DNA of 63,993 nt, counting the filler, from Thelocarpon superellum (Eukaryota), in NCBI GenBank assembly GCA_026025795.1. It is 6 parts of 6 records of this genome, joined end to end, with 100 filler letters (N's around TTAATTAATTAA, not from the genome) between each part and the next. Parts side by side here need not be neighbours in the genome. Positions count along the whole stretch, not along the records: positions 10,843 to 21,562 come from JAPEUG010000520.1; positions 21,663 to 32,255 come from JAPEUG010000521.1; 4 more parts are not named here. One strand, written 5' to 3'. The notes beneath the pieces were generated by a model. It ran no database searches. It had not been told where the DNA came from and worked only from the letters and a program-made list of their open reading frames with translations. A program made the position numbers and the translations under genes. How positions within the stretch are numbered: the stretch's first letter is position 1; every line of letters begins with the position of its first letter. Below, piece by piece: positions 12,621-23,746 of this stretch.

Positions 12621-14674
12621 AGATTCCACCCGACGCACCAGGCACTCGTCTCTACTTCTGTACATTCGTACATACGCTCACATACGGTCCGGTACGGAGG
12701 GCGAGTCGACCCGTGGGAGGCTCCGGCGACAAACCACCCAAAGCATCCAAATCTCCACCACGGCCATCTAGATCCCCACCGCCACCGCCTCACCGCTACT
12801 CAGTCCGACTCGACGGACGTTCTGGTCTGGCCCACGCCGTCCCCGGATCGAGCCGAATTGGGCGCGCGCCTCGTCTTCGCCACGAGTGGTACGGGCAGCG
12901 TGCTAGAACTAGCATCCAGCTAGGGAGCACGTCCTGGTACGGTACAGCAATCGAGGGGTGGTGTTTCGGTACGGTCAGAAGCCACAGCACTACCGCTACC
13001 ACCAGCCTACTCCCCCACCGCACTTCCCTCTCCAGTCCACCCAAGTACCCAAGCGAGAGAACCTTCTTCCGTGGCCGCCATCACCGCCCGCACCCGCGAC
13101 CGCGACACCCCGTCCAAGTCTCCACCGCCTTCCCCCACGATCGGCAAGAACCGACTCGCTGACGACGGCGTCCGACACTCAGCTGTGCCGTCGTACAGCA
13201 TCGCCTTGATCGCTCTTCGCTCGCACCACTCCCGCTCCTCCCTCTCGTCCTTCCTCTTTTCCTCCCTCTCTCACCACCGCACCCTCGTCCGTCCTCGTCG
13301 TCGAACCCTCGCGCTCGTCGACCGCTTGTCGTCGCGGCTCGCGCCGTCTCCTGCTGGGCCCAACCAGCCAGGCGCCGCAGCACCGCCTCAACCGGCAACC
13401 GACCGCTGACCGCCTCGTCGGCCCTCAAGCGCCCTCGAACACAGTCCCCCACAACCCACCCCTTGTCCCGGCTCACCGACTCAATCATCCGGCAATCCAC
13501 CACGGACGCCGGTAGCCTTTGTTTGCTCTCTGCAGGTCAAAGCAGCACTCATCCGGCCCCTTGAGTCGCTCGATCGCTTGAGCCGGTTTCATCACCGCTC
13601 GATCGCTGACATCGCGGCTTGTCACTGCAACCCAATCACGAATGTGAGTGGTCCATGGTTCCTTTTGTCCTACCACCCGCTGCGCACCACTTTTGATTAT
13701 CTCGTCGTCATGGCGGTGGTCGTCACCTCATGGTCCACTTGCCCTGTGCCTCGAGGCGCGGCCCCGACGGCCATGCGGGAAGTGGGCGGGGGATGGTCCG
13801 ATGACGCACCGCACCACACTGCCTCATTTCTCGCAGCCTCGACCGCTGGGTCGGCTTTATTACTGCAGCCTGCACCACAACAGCCCTTAAATATTGGCCG
13901 CGACAGTATACGACCGAGCATGACAGAATTTTGCGCTCCCGATCGCGTGGTCTTTGGTTCGTGCAAGGCGCCAGACACTGACGCCGTGCCACATCATAGT
14001 CTTTCTCTCACCAGGATCTCTTCCTCAACTACCCCTCTCAGGACACCCAGCGGACGAGCGATCGGTGTCGCCACCCGACCCATCTCCGGGGTTGTCCTCC
14101 CCCATTGAGCTCCGTCCCGGACCCTCCCGGACGCTTGCGCCGGTCGTCATCGTGCAGGTCCTTCCGAGTCTCCCTCCGCCATCCATCGTGAGTGCATTCA
14201 CACCAAACTCGGTCGACTTGGTGGCCAAGGTACCTCGCCGTGCTACCGACCTTGTTCAGTCGCGCCACGAGTCCAAGCGATCTTGACTAACGATGTGATG
14301 CAGGTTCGAAGAGGCTGTTTGCTTCCTTGCTCCGTTTGGTCGAACCACAGGGCTTCTAGCGTATGCACGCATCGCCAACACAGCAGCACCCCATCCAATC
14401 ATCATCCACGTCCGTGCGCTTACTCGACGGCCTCCTGATTGGAGTCGTCTAGCGGCAAAGGCGGAACACTGCACACGAATCTCCTCACTTGATTCATCTT
14501 CGCCTCGCCTCGGCGTGGTCTCGTGAGGAATCTCCCCTTCGACTCGACTCGAACGACTCCCCCCTCGTCTCATTGAGTAACGGTCTGCGAGTCGTCTCGC
14601 ACGTCCACTGCGGCGTCCACCCTCCCCCCGACAGTCGTCCTTGAGGAGGGACATGGTCTAAGGCCTCGACGCCA

Positions 14675-16684
14675 ATGCCTTGTGAGTCCACCTAGTCACT
14701 TCCTCGTTGCATGACGCCGTCCCCCCCTGCTTTTCCCTCCCCGGCGGCGGTCTGTGCCACCTGATAGTCAAGTTTGATGATCCCTCAACCACCACAATGT
14801 TTGCTCACCCACGTTTTAGCCGACACGAATCTCAGCGATCCTTTCTCGACAGCCATTGCGGAGCACAAGCGCAAAGGAGCTAGCTATAGCGATCCATATA
14901 TCGAGACGGCGGACAGTCCCGACGAGTTGCTTGACATCTTCAACAGCAGCGGTGATATGGCTGGGGCTGAATCACCCACCACCCCCTTTATCAAAGACGA
15001 GCCGGAAGATCAGATCTTCAACTCCAACCAAGCCCAGCGCCTCATGGCGAACCATCCATCGGGCTATGGCGTGCCGCAGCAACCGTCGTTCGGCCAGTAC
15101 GGCACGTCGCAGGGCAGCATCGACCCATCCGAGTTGACGGTGGCAGGCGGTCCGCTCTCGATGCAAAACGGCACCTTTGCCCAGTCGTATTCCTCGTACA
15201 ATTCGCAGCCGAACCTCAACTATCCCTTGGGCCATGCTGGGATCGCGGACGATGAACTGCTTGACTTGGCCAACCTGGACGACTCAAGCGCCGATCCGGG
15301 CAGCTTCCAGCATCACCAGTCGGGATTCGGCGGCTCGATGAACGCCCAGGGCAACGGAATGCAAGGCATGTTCCCGCCATCGAACACGAATCTGAACCAG
15401 CAGAACCGGATGGGCCAAGGCTTCTCTCACACCCCCGATGGAGGGCCGATCCAGAGTCCCTTTATCCAGAACAACTTCAACTACGATCAGTTCCGGACGC
15501 CGCAGCAGCCACAGCAGCAGGCCATGGGGGCCAATCCTCTCGGCACGCCTTCATCGTACAACGCCTCGCCGCGGATGCGGCCCGGCTCTAAGCCGCACCA
15601 TGGCCTTGAGCGGAAGCCGTCGGAGTCACGTAGCCCGTTGACACCCAAGACGCCCGCCATGGGCTTGGGTGGGCTCAATCTGGGCACGCCCGAGTCGGGG
15701 AGCTTCCCTACGCAGCCGATCCACACGCATCACCTGGGTCAGCATCGGCATCAGAAGAGCATCCCGACGCAATGGGATGGGACGCCGGGCAGCATGCATT
15801 CGTACGTCGACTCGCCGCTCTCGTCCCCTGGGCAAGCGTCGCATCATACGCAAATCTCGGATGTGTTGAAGTCGGGCAAGCATGCGTCGCTGCCGGCCAA
15901 GGTGGAGAACGGGCAATCGATCGGGCCAGTGCCGGCCTACCAGACGCAAGAGGCCAAACGGCGGCGACGGCGCGAGTCGCACAACATGGTGGAGCGTCGG
16001 CGGCGCGACAATATCAACGAGCGCATCCAAGAACTCAGCCATCTGGTGCCGCAGCACCGGCTGGAGGACGAGAAGGTACGCAAGCACCTGGTCAACAACT
16101 CGCCTCTCTCGCCCACGCTGGGCGCTACCAGCATGAGCCCGCCGCAAGCGACCTCCCTTCTCGCCGGAGGGGCGGGTCGGCGGGCGGCTGGGAATATCAC
16201 AACGGGCATCCCAATCGAGGAGAAGGACAAGGGCCCGAACAAGGGCGACATCCTGAACGGGGCCGTGGGATGGACGCGCGATCTCATGTGGGCGCTGCAC
16301 GCCAAGATCCAACAAGAGAGCGAGCTGGCGGAGTACATTGGCTCGCTAGGCGGCACCTTTCCCTTCGAACAGACGGAGGAGGAGAAGCGGATGCGGAGCG
16401 AGCTGGCGGACGCAATGGAGAAGAACGATGCCAGCAGCTTCTCGTACTCGCGTGCGCCTGGCACCGGCCTTCGCGTGCCCAACCACACGACGATCGCCGG
16501 CGAGCCGGTCGGCTCGAGTCTCATGTCGCCCCACTCGGTCAGCCCGACGAATCTCAGCGGAGATGGCAACAACAGCGGCGGACATGGCCAGGGACAATTC
16601 TGGAGCGGACAAGCCAGCAGCGGGAGCGGACACAACTCGCTCAGCTTCAAGGAGGAGGATGAATATGGCATGGACATTACGTAG
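14675..16684 (+). CDS. bHLH transcription factor, Rtg3/MiT-TFE-like
   Basis: KRRRRRESHNMVERRRRDNINERIQELSHLVP...PNKGDILNGAVGWTRDL; proposed start ATG CCT T at 14675, intron GTGAGT 14682 to TTTTAG 14819 joins in frame (MPSDTNLSDPF); alternative start ATG at 14957. Confidence 0.88.
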
Positions 16685-17439
16685 CGGTGACCCATGATCC
16701 ATTGTGGCGGCGCGTTGGCGATCGTCAGGCTTCTCCACATGCATCAGAGGCAGTTCCGGGGATGGGGAGCAGGGACCGGGGAAGGGCAAGACGGCGTTTC
16801 TCTTCCTTTTCCCATCTTCATTTCCCCTTGTGGATTTGGTCTACATGTGTTTTCTGGTCCACATTCCGAGTCTTTTTGATGCATTTTCATCTTTGTCCAT
16901 CATGTGGCATCCATCATGTTCATTTCCGTTGGCATCTCCGCTTCATCATTTCTTCACACGTGCGTGGGGCATTTACATGTTGGTTGAAGGGCGGTGTGTT
17001 GCGGGAGAATATTTCAGTTGAGGGATCGAAGGGGCGGTGATCTTTTGTTCCGGGTCGGCATTGACATTGATCCTTGACATTTGATGGATTCCTTGATCTG
17101 TGGCATCTGCTTAGTCGATCTCTCGAAATGCTTGGTTCTGGATTTGATCGATTGAGTCTTCCTCACTGCACGTTCCTCTACTTTGACCGACCGTCGTCTT
17201 CGTACTCGCACTGCACCGCACCGCACCGCAATTTGGCACAGCACTAGCTTCAGCCATGAATGGCATCACATCAAAGTCGTCATCATATCCAGCGTAATAC
17301 ATCGAGTGTCTTTCGGAACTTCACAACCACGCCCTCTTGACACTCCCCTGCGAGATCCGTGACACTCGCCCGCCCGCCCGCCCGTATGCACGCTGCACCA
17401 CACGTGAGAAGTACAAAGAAGGGGAAAAGGGACACGGAA

Positions 17440-19788
17440 TCACCAATGTCTCGTGACGAGCAACGCGCCGCGCTGCTCCGCGAGGCCCAGGAGGCGCCAC
17501 ACCTCTTTCTGCTTCATGGCCTCGCGGACGGCTATCTTCTCGAGGGCGTGCCTGCCATTGAGATATTTCAGCAAGCGCGGCCACGCCTCCTGCAGCTCCG
17601 GCACGTCCGCGAACACGACACGCGCGATGTGCGCGAGCTGCGCCGAGACGCTGCTCGTTGCTTTTGTCGGGTTGTGTAGGATTTTGGCACTCGGGAGGGT
17701 GGCGGAGGGTAGGGGAGGGGATGGGGGCGGAGTGCTGGCGCTGGTGCTAGTGCTGGTCGGGTTGATAACGGTATTGGTGGAGGCGGAGGCGGAGGCGGAG
17801 ACGGAGGCAGAGATGGTGGGCGTGATGGTGGACGTAGAGAGGGCGCGGGACGTAGTGAATGTTGGCGTCGGTTCTGACCCGTTGTCGAGCGGCGGATCTG
17901 AGCCCTCACGCGACGACGATGCCGACACCGACGACTGGGCCTGGAGCTGACGCTGGAGCTGGAACTTCGTGGACTCCTCTCTCGCCACTGCCGCTTGCAC
18001 CTCGGCGCTGACGCGCACCCAGGCGAAGGTGCGCAGCTGCGTGACCCAGCCGCCTTTCATCAGCCAGGCCAGGATGTCGAGGTAGGCCTCGCGGTGGTCT
18101 TTGCTCGGGATGAAGTTGCGGTAGGGGCGCGGATGGCCGGCGAGCATGGCGAGCATTTTGGGGAGCGAGGGCAGTGTCGGGAAGCGCGCCGCGTACGCTT
18201 CGGTCGCGCTCGGCAGGGCGCGCATGTCCGCGTTCGGCGACACGATGTAGATGTCGCGTTGGTGGAGCGGGGGGATGGCCCGCGCTCGTCGCCAGAATAT
18301 CAGGTGGCTTGATAGCACTTGGATGTCGGATAGGCTGATGCTGTGCGTAGTGGACACGTCGAGGAATCTTGACGAGTTCGGTCCGATTAGGTTGGGTGAG
18401 GAAAGGAGGGGGAACGGAAGAGAGGGGAGGAGAGGGAGGGAGGGAGGGAGCGTACGACATGGTGGGTTTGACAATATTGACAAACTTCACGAGCGAGTTG
18501 GCCAGTGGTGGGGGCCCGTTTTCACGATCGATATCCTTGACGATGTTCTCGACATCGTCGAGTAAGAGCAGGGACGAGTAGCGCGCAAAGGTGTTTTCTT
18601 CTACTCCGTCGTCTTCCTCGTTGTAGATATTCGCTGTCGTCAGCCATACCCCGGGCATCTGCGGCTCGACGATGCTGGGCAGAACGGAGATTGAAGCCAG
18701 TTGCGGGATCTGCAGTGACACATCGAACCGGTCGTTGATGAAGACGTGTGCAATCTTGGAGGTTGAGATGGACAGAAACACCCCGGACAATGCTTTGGCT
18801 AGGCCAGACCGTGATAGGATGGAATGCCAGAGCGAGCTCATAGGAATGCCTGCGAGGAGATCAGAAAGGAATTACCGCGGCCAGGTGGAACGAAGTCACC
18901 GTCTTCCTTGGCCCTCTCCTTCAGGCTCAGAATCAAGTCGGACTCCCTCGAGACCCAACTTGACCGTGCCTGCTCATACTTCAACGCCTTCGAGAGCTTC
19001 TTGGCCACGTGCTCGTACATCTCGTTCACCCGGAGACTGTGTTCCAGCTCCGGAGGGTTGAGCACCAAGATGACGTTGTACATCGACATGGCGTTAGTGT
19101 CGTCCTCTTTCATACTCCGACCTTCCTCGTCACTTGCTCCTTCATCGGTTCCGGCTCCCGCTGCCGCACCATTCGCCGCCTCCGAGACTATGGATCCCGC
19201 ATGTCCGTTGGTCTCGGTCGAACCATTCGTACCCGCGTGAGCATCCGCCGACGTTGCTCCCTGTGCCTTTCCCTCCGCATCATCCCCCGTCATCTCGCTC
19301 TTCTCCTTGCGCTCTTTCTTCTTCCGCCAAAACCCATCTTCCCGCACGTAGACCGGATAGCTCACGTAGACGAGCGGTTCCAAGTAGAGCTCAAACTTCT
19401 TCTTGTTCAAGTACCGTCCCGGCGCCAAGATGCTCTCGAGCGCCGAGGTGGGGAAGCCAAAGAGCGTCTCCCACGCCGGCCCCCGTGCTCGCCGCTTGCG
19501 AGAGTCGTCCGCTGAATCATGCTCGTCCGTCTCGAGGGGATTGCGGGATCGACGGGTCCGGCCGGGTCTGCCCGACGAGATGCCCAGCTCATCATCCGAG
19601 CTCACCGGCTCGACGTCGCTGGAATCGGAATCTGAGTCGGGGTAGGCACCTTTCCCGGTGGAATAGGTCGGTGGCAGATCGTCGCGGGGATATGGTGGGT
19701 AGTGGAACACCAACCGCGGCCCCGCTTTGGTGTTGATGACCAGAACGACAGCGACGAGGCTAGGGTTGGCGGGGAGGACGGAAGTCAT
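17440..19788 (-). CDS. NPR3: Nitrogen permease regulator 3 (GATOR1/SEACIT subunit), 3 exons
   Basis: LVAVVLVINTKAGPRLVFHYPP; MYNVILVLNPP...YEHVAKKLSKALKYEQARSSWV; SHLIFWRRARAIPPLHQRDIYIVSPN; YLNGRHALEKIAVRE...RHW; introns 18899-18850 and about 18454-18368. Confidence 0.93.
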
Positions 19789-20970
19789 TGCTCATGAGTA
19801 ATCATGAGTGATTCTCAATGGTGTGGTGATCGGGTAGAAGGCATCTTGAGTAGATGGCTTCTGCTATCGCCGATGACTACCTCCACCATGGCTCGGTCTC
19901 AATCCCGGCGAATGGACGCAGCACTACTACGGTGCAGGATGAAGTACTTCGTACGGAGACCTGTCCCCACCAGACTCACCATGCCCGATGAACGGGTGGA
20001 ATGCTACAATGTCATCCTTCCTTCTTCTCATTCTCTACTTCCGTCCTTACGCTCCGCTCCGATGCCTTGTCCTCTCCAAATCCAAGATTCTTAAACTCGT
20101 CCGGTGCCATGAGGTTGCTACCCGAAAATCGCCAATCAACCCTCATCCGATGGAATGGACCGATGGAAACTCACTGATCCATTCGGCATTGCAGGTAAGA
20201 CTTGGAGAGCAGTCGACACTCGGGGTCATTGGTGCCGCGAGCCTTCTTCAGACACGCCAGATAATGCACCATGATGGCCTTGCATTCACCTGTCCATTAG
20301 AGCCATATTAGCTGAATGTCTCCGCTGTCAGTCATTGAACCCGCCTCACCGTCATGGTCGAGCGGGAAGCTCCCACGCTGTGGTCTGCATCCAGCCAATC
20401 AACAGGGTGCTGTGACGCATGGAGATGCTGCTTACGGCTTGGGCTTGCTTGACAATTGACCCGGCGGTCTCCCGAATCCACTCATTGTTTGTGGCGGGTC
20501 ATACCGGACGCGAGTGCTCGCGGTCCATAAGCTGGGCAAACTTCGCAAGAGCTGCTAGCCGAGCAGTCACTGTAAGCGAGGAAGACGGGTTGTGCGAGTA
20601 TGCCCGATTATCGGTCATTCAACTCAAGCGGCGTAGTGGGGGTGGTCCCGGTGTCCTACCCTAATTGTTTCGACCAGCCAGGGCCCTCTCGCCGAGGTTA
20701 TGGCGGGTGCTTTTGCCATCTGCGCGTGTGGATGTTTTCGAGCAAGGCGTAGAGCTGTGGTGCATCATGCCTATTGGGTCTGTTTGGCCATCTGGAGCTC
20801 TGCAACGACATCATCCTGCTCGTGAAGGCCCGAGTGCGAATCGAGCGCGAATCCCCGCAACACCTAATGAATAGTATTATTGTTTCCACACGACGGTGCC
20901 ATTTGTGTCACTTCAATTCTCCAAGCAATAGCGCCAATCAACCCCTATCGAAGATTCCAAGTCCATCAAA

Positions 20971-21562
20971 ATGCCAATGTAAGCGCTACCCGCACCCGCA
21001 TCAAGAATCACATCAGGCTAATCCCGCCCATCCACAGGACACTCGACGGCAGCTGCCAGTGCGGCGGGGTGCGGTTCACCCTGCAGTCGCACACGCCAGT
21101 GCCCTACCAGCTATGCGCCTGCAGCATCTGTCGCAAGGTCGGCGGCTACAGCGGCAGCGTGAACCTGGGCGGGCTCAGCGAAACGCTGCAGATCCACGAC
21201 GACGGCGAGACGCTCGTCAAGAAGTACAACGCCACGTGCGTTGCGGCGCGCGTGGCTCAGGGGAAAGAGAAAGAAGAGCGGTCGAGTGGCGCAAAACGCA
21301 AGAAGCTCAGCTCCGAACGGGCTTTCTGTGCCGAATGCTCCACCATGCTCTGGGTCTATGATGCGGCGTATCCGGACCTGATCCACCCTTTTGCCTCCGC
21401 TATCGACACGGAGCTGCCGGTCCCGGACGAAATGGTCTGTATTCGCGCCGATTCCAAGCCGGATTGGGTCAGGTGGCCCGAGGGGAAGAAGAGCGTGCAT
21501 GTGGAGTACGGCGAAGAAAGCATCGAGGGGTATGTGGCTGCTGAGACGGGTGACCGGGGTAG
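20971..21562 (+). CDS. GFA/Mss4-like zinc-binding protein (last exon lost at contig end)
   Basis: MPM / intron 20979-21037 / TLDGSCQCGGVRF...CACSICRKVGG...RAFCAECSTMLW: CxC, CxCxxC and CxxC zinc motifs. Confidence 0.88.
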
Positions 21563-21662
21563 NNNNNNNNNNNNNNNNNNNNNNNNNNNNNNNNNNNNNN
21601 NNNNNNTTAATTAATTAANNNNNNNNNNNNNNNNNNNNNNNNNNNNNNNNNNNNNNNNNNNN
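21563..21662. other. Artificial contig-joining spacer
   Basis: Identical N44-TTAATTAATTAA-N44. Confidence 0.97.
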
Positions 21663-23295
21663 CCGATGACGCTGACGAAGATGGTGAGGGGTTTGCGTAG
21701 GCCAGACGTCAGGCTGTATTTGTACGTTACCTGCCCAAGTTCATCCCTGGTCAGTATCCATATTTTATTCCTCGGATTTTCTCTGGGTCTTTCTCTCGGG
21801 GACGTACCACGACATCCACATCTCGAATATCATCCACCACGTTGAATGCCGTCAGTTTCAACGCCGTCCGGCCCACGGTGTCCATGTATGTTCGGTGCGT
21901 GATGAGCTCGGCTGATACGATCGGCATCGCTGTTTCGTACTTGACGTGTCTGTCTTTCGGTCAGCATGGGTCCGTTGCGCAGATGGAGCCACGAAATGCG
22001 CGTGTGGATGTGACTTACTCGGCTCCTTCTGGTAGGATTATCCGCACTTGCACCTTCTCGTACTCGACTCCCTCCAACTGCTTAGGCCCCTCGAGAAATG
22101 GCACCTTGAGGATATAATCGTTGCCCGTCTTGAGCTTGCGCAGGAAGCCGCTGAGGTTGGCATCCCATCCGACGCGGAAGTTGTAGTTCCATCCGCCAAA
22201 GACCGGGTATCGCGGCTTCAGCTCCAAGTTTGCTTCGCGGCTGTTGCTGCGGAACCGGCTGGTCGACACATTGCCAATGTCGTCGGTGAAGTAGGGATTC
22301 ATCGATCCAACACGCAGCGGTATCTTCAGCTCCTTCAGCGCGCTCGTCGGCGGGTTGTAGTATGACGTCGTGGCCCAGGTCACCCGCGAGAAGTGGTTCG
22401 ACAGGTTGGCGCCCCGGTTCGTCAGCCAGTATCGCTCCTCGATCGCCAGGTTGCCGCCCCAGTGGCTGATCTCCACGTCGCGCTCCAGCAACGTCGCGTG
22501 CGTCAGGGGCTTGGTGAATTCGTATCGCACCCGCACCGGCTCCACCGCGCCGGCGGCCACCTCGCCGTATGGGCCGTACGTGAAGGTGGATCCCTGCTTC
22601 TGCGGATCTTCCGTCCCGTCCGCGTTGCTGCCCTTGGGAAGGATGGTATATTCTGGAATGTCGCTGGTCGAGAACTTGACCTTGGTCTTTTGCTTGAGCG
22701 TCACATACGCCGACGGCGTGTAGGCCGAGAACTCGTACACCAGGTACTGCTTGTCTTGTTGCGAGATCAGAGCGGGAAGAGGCGTAAGGCTCGAGAGGAC
22801 GGAATAGCTGATGCTCAGCGTTTGCTGCGTCGACGGCTTGAGAGGCGTCGGAAGACGAATCCGATAGAACTGCGTGGGACTGGGTGACGTCGTCAGCTCT
22901 GGTCTTATCCCATCTCCCACATATGCGCCCCATGCTCACCTGTACGGGTCATATTCGACCAGCTCCGCTTCAAACGCAGCCTTCTCCTTCTCATTCTTAT
23001 CTCTCACTTCCAACCCACCCACTTTGCCCACCAGCTTCGCCTCAAACGGCAAAAAGTACTCGTCCTGTTCTTTCTTGTCTGTGTTCTCAATCACCACGTT
23101 GACGGCCTCCTTGGCATAGCCTTTGTCGAGATTGATGTTCCGCACCAAGTTGACATTCTTCCATACTTGTGGTGGCTTGAACGTGCTGGGCAAGACGGTC
23201 CGCGAAGTGAGTGGCTTGGTCAGGTTGGTGTTGGCGGCGCAGAGACTGGTGGACAACAGGCCGAGGAGAGCGGTGCTCCAGCCAAAAGAACGCAT
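21663..23295 (-). CDS. OST1: Oligosaccharyltransferase subunit alpha / ribophorin I (3' end truncated)
   Basis: Signal peptide MRSFGWSTALLGLLSTSLCA; LERDVEISHWGGNLAIEERYWLTN; YFTDDIGNVSTSRFR; LKPRYPVFGGW. Confidence 0.95.
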
Positions 23296-23746
23296 CGTGA
23301 CGCTCCTGAGCGTCGGTCCAAGGTAGACGGGCGCCCAGTGGACCAATTACCTCTGATATGGTAGGCCGGACTACTACCGACCAGAGGGTTGATGGAGAAA
23401 TTGTGGATGGGGCGCTGGTCGATTATCATGCCACCTTTATGGGACTCCTTGCTCCTCAAAACATCTCCAGTCTCTAGTCTCCAGGTTACCAGGTGTCCTT
23501 TGTCTGGGCGTGACGTCTCGCTAAGCGCATGATCCCTGTCGGTCGCGGCTCCGCAGCGTTCAGGCGGTGCAAGTCGAGTGCAGCTCCCGGCTCGCCTATG
23601 GAGCTCTCCAGGCGCAGTAGCACGCCACATCGGCTCCCACACGTGAAGCGCCGCTCCGTCAACTACCAAGCTGGAGCCCCCCTGAATAAACACACGGCTA
23701 CCTAAATCAATCTGATGGTACGCACCATGGGGGCACCGCGGAAATA

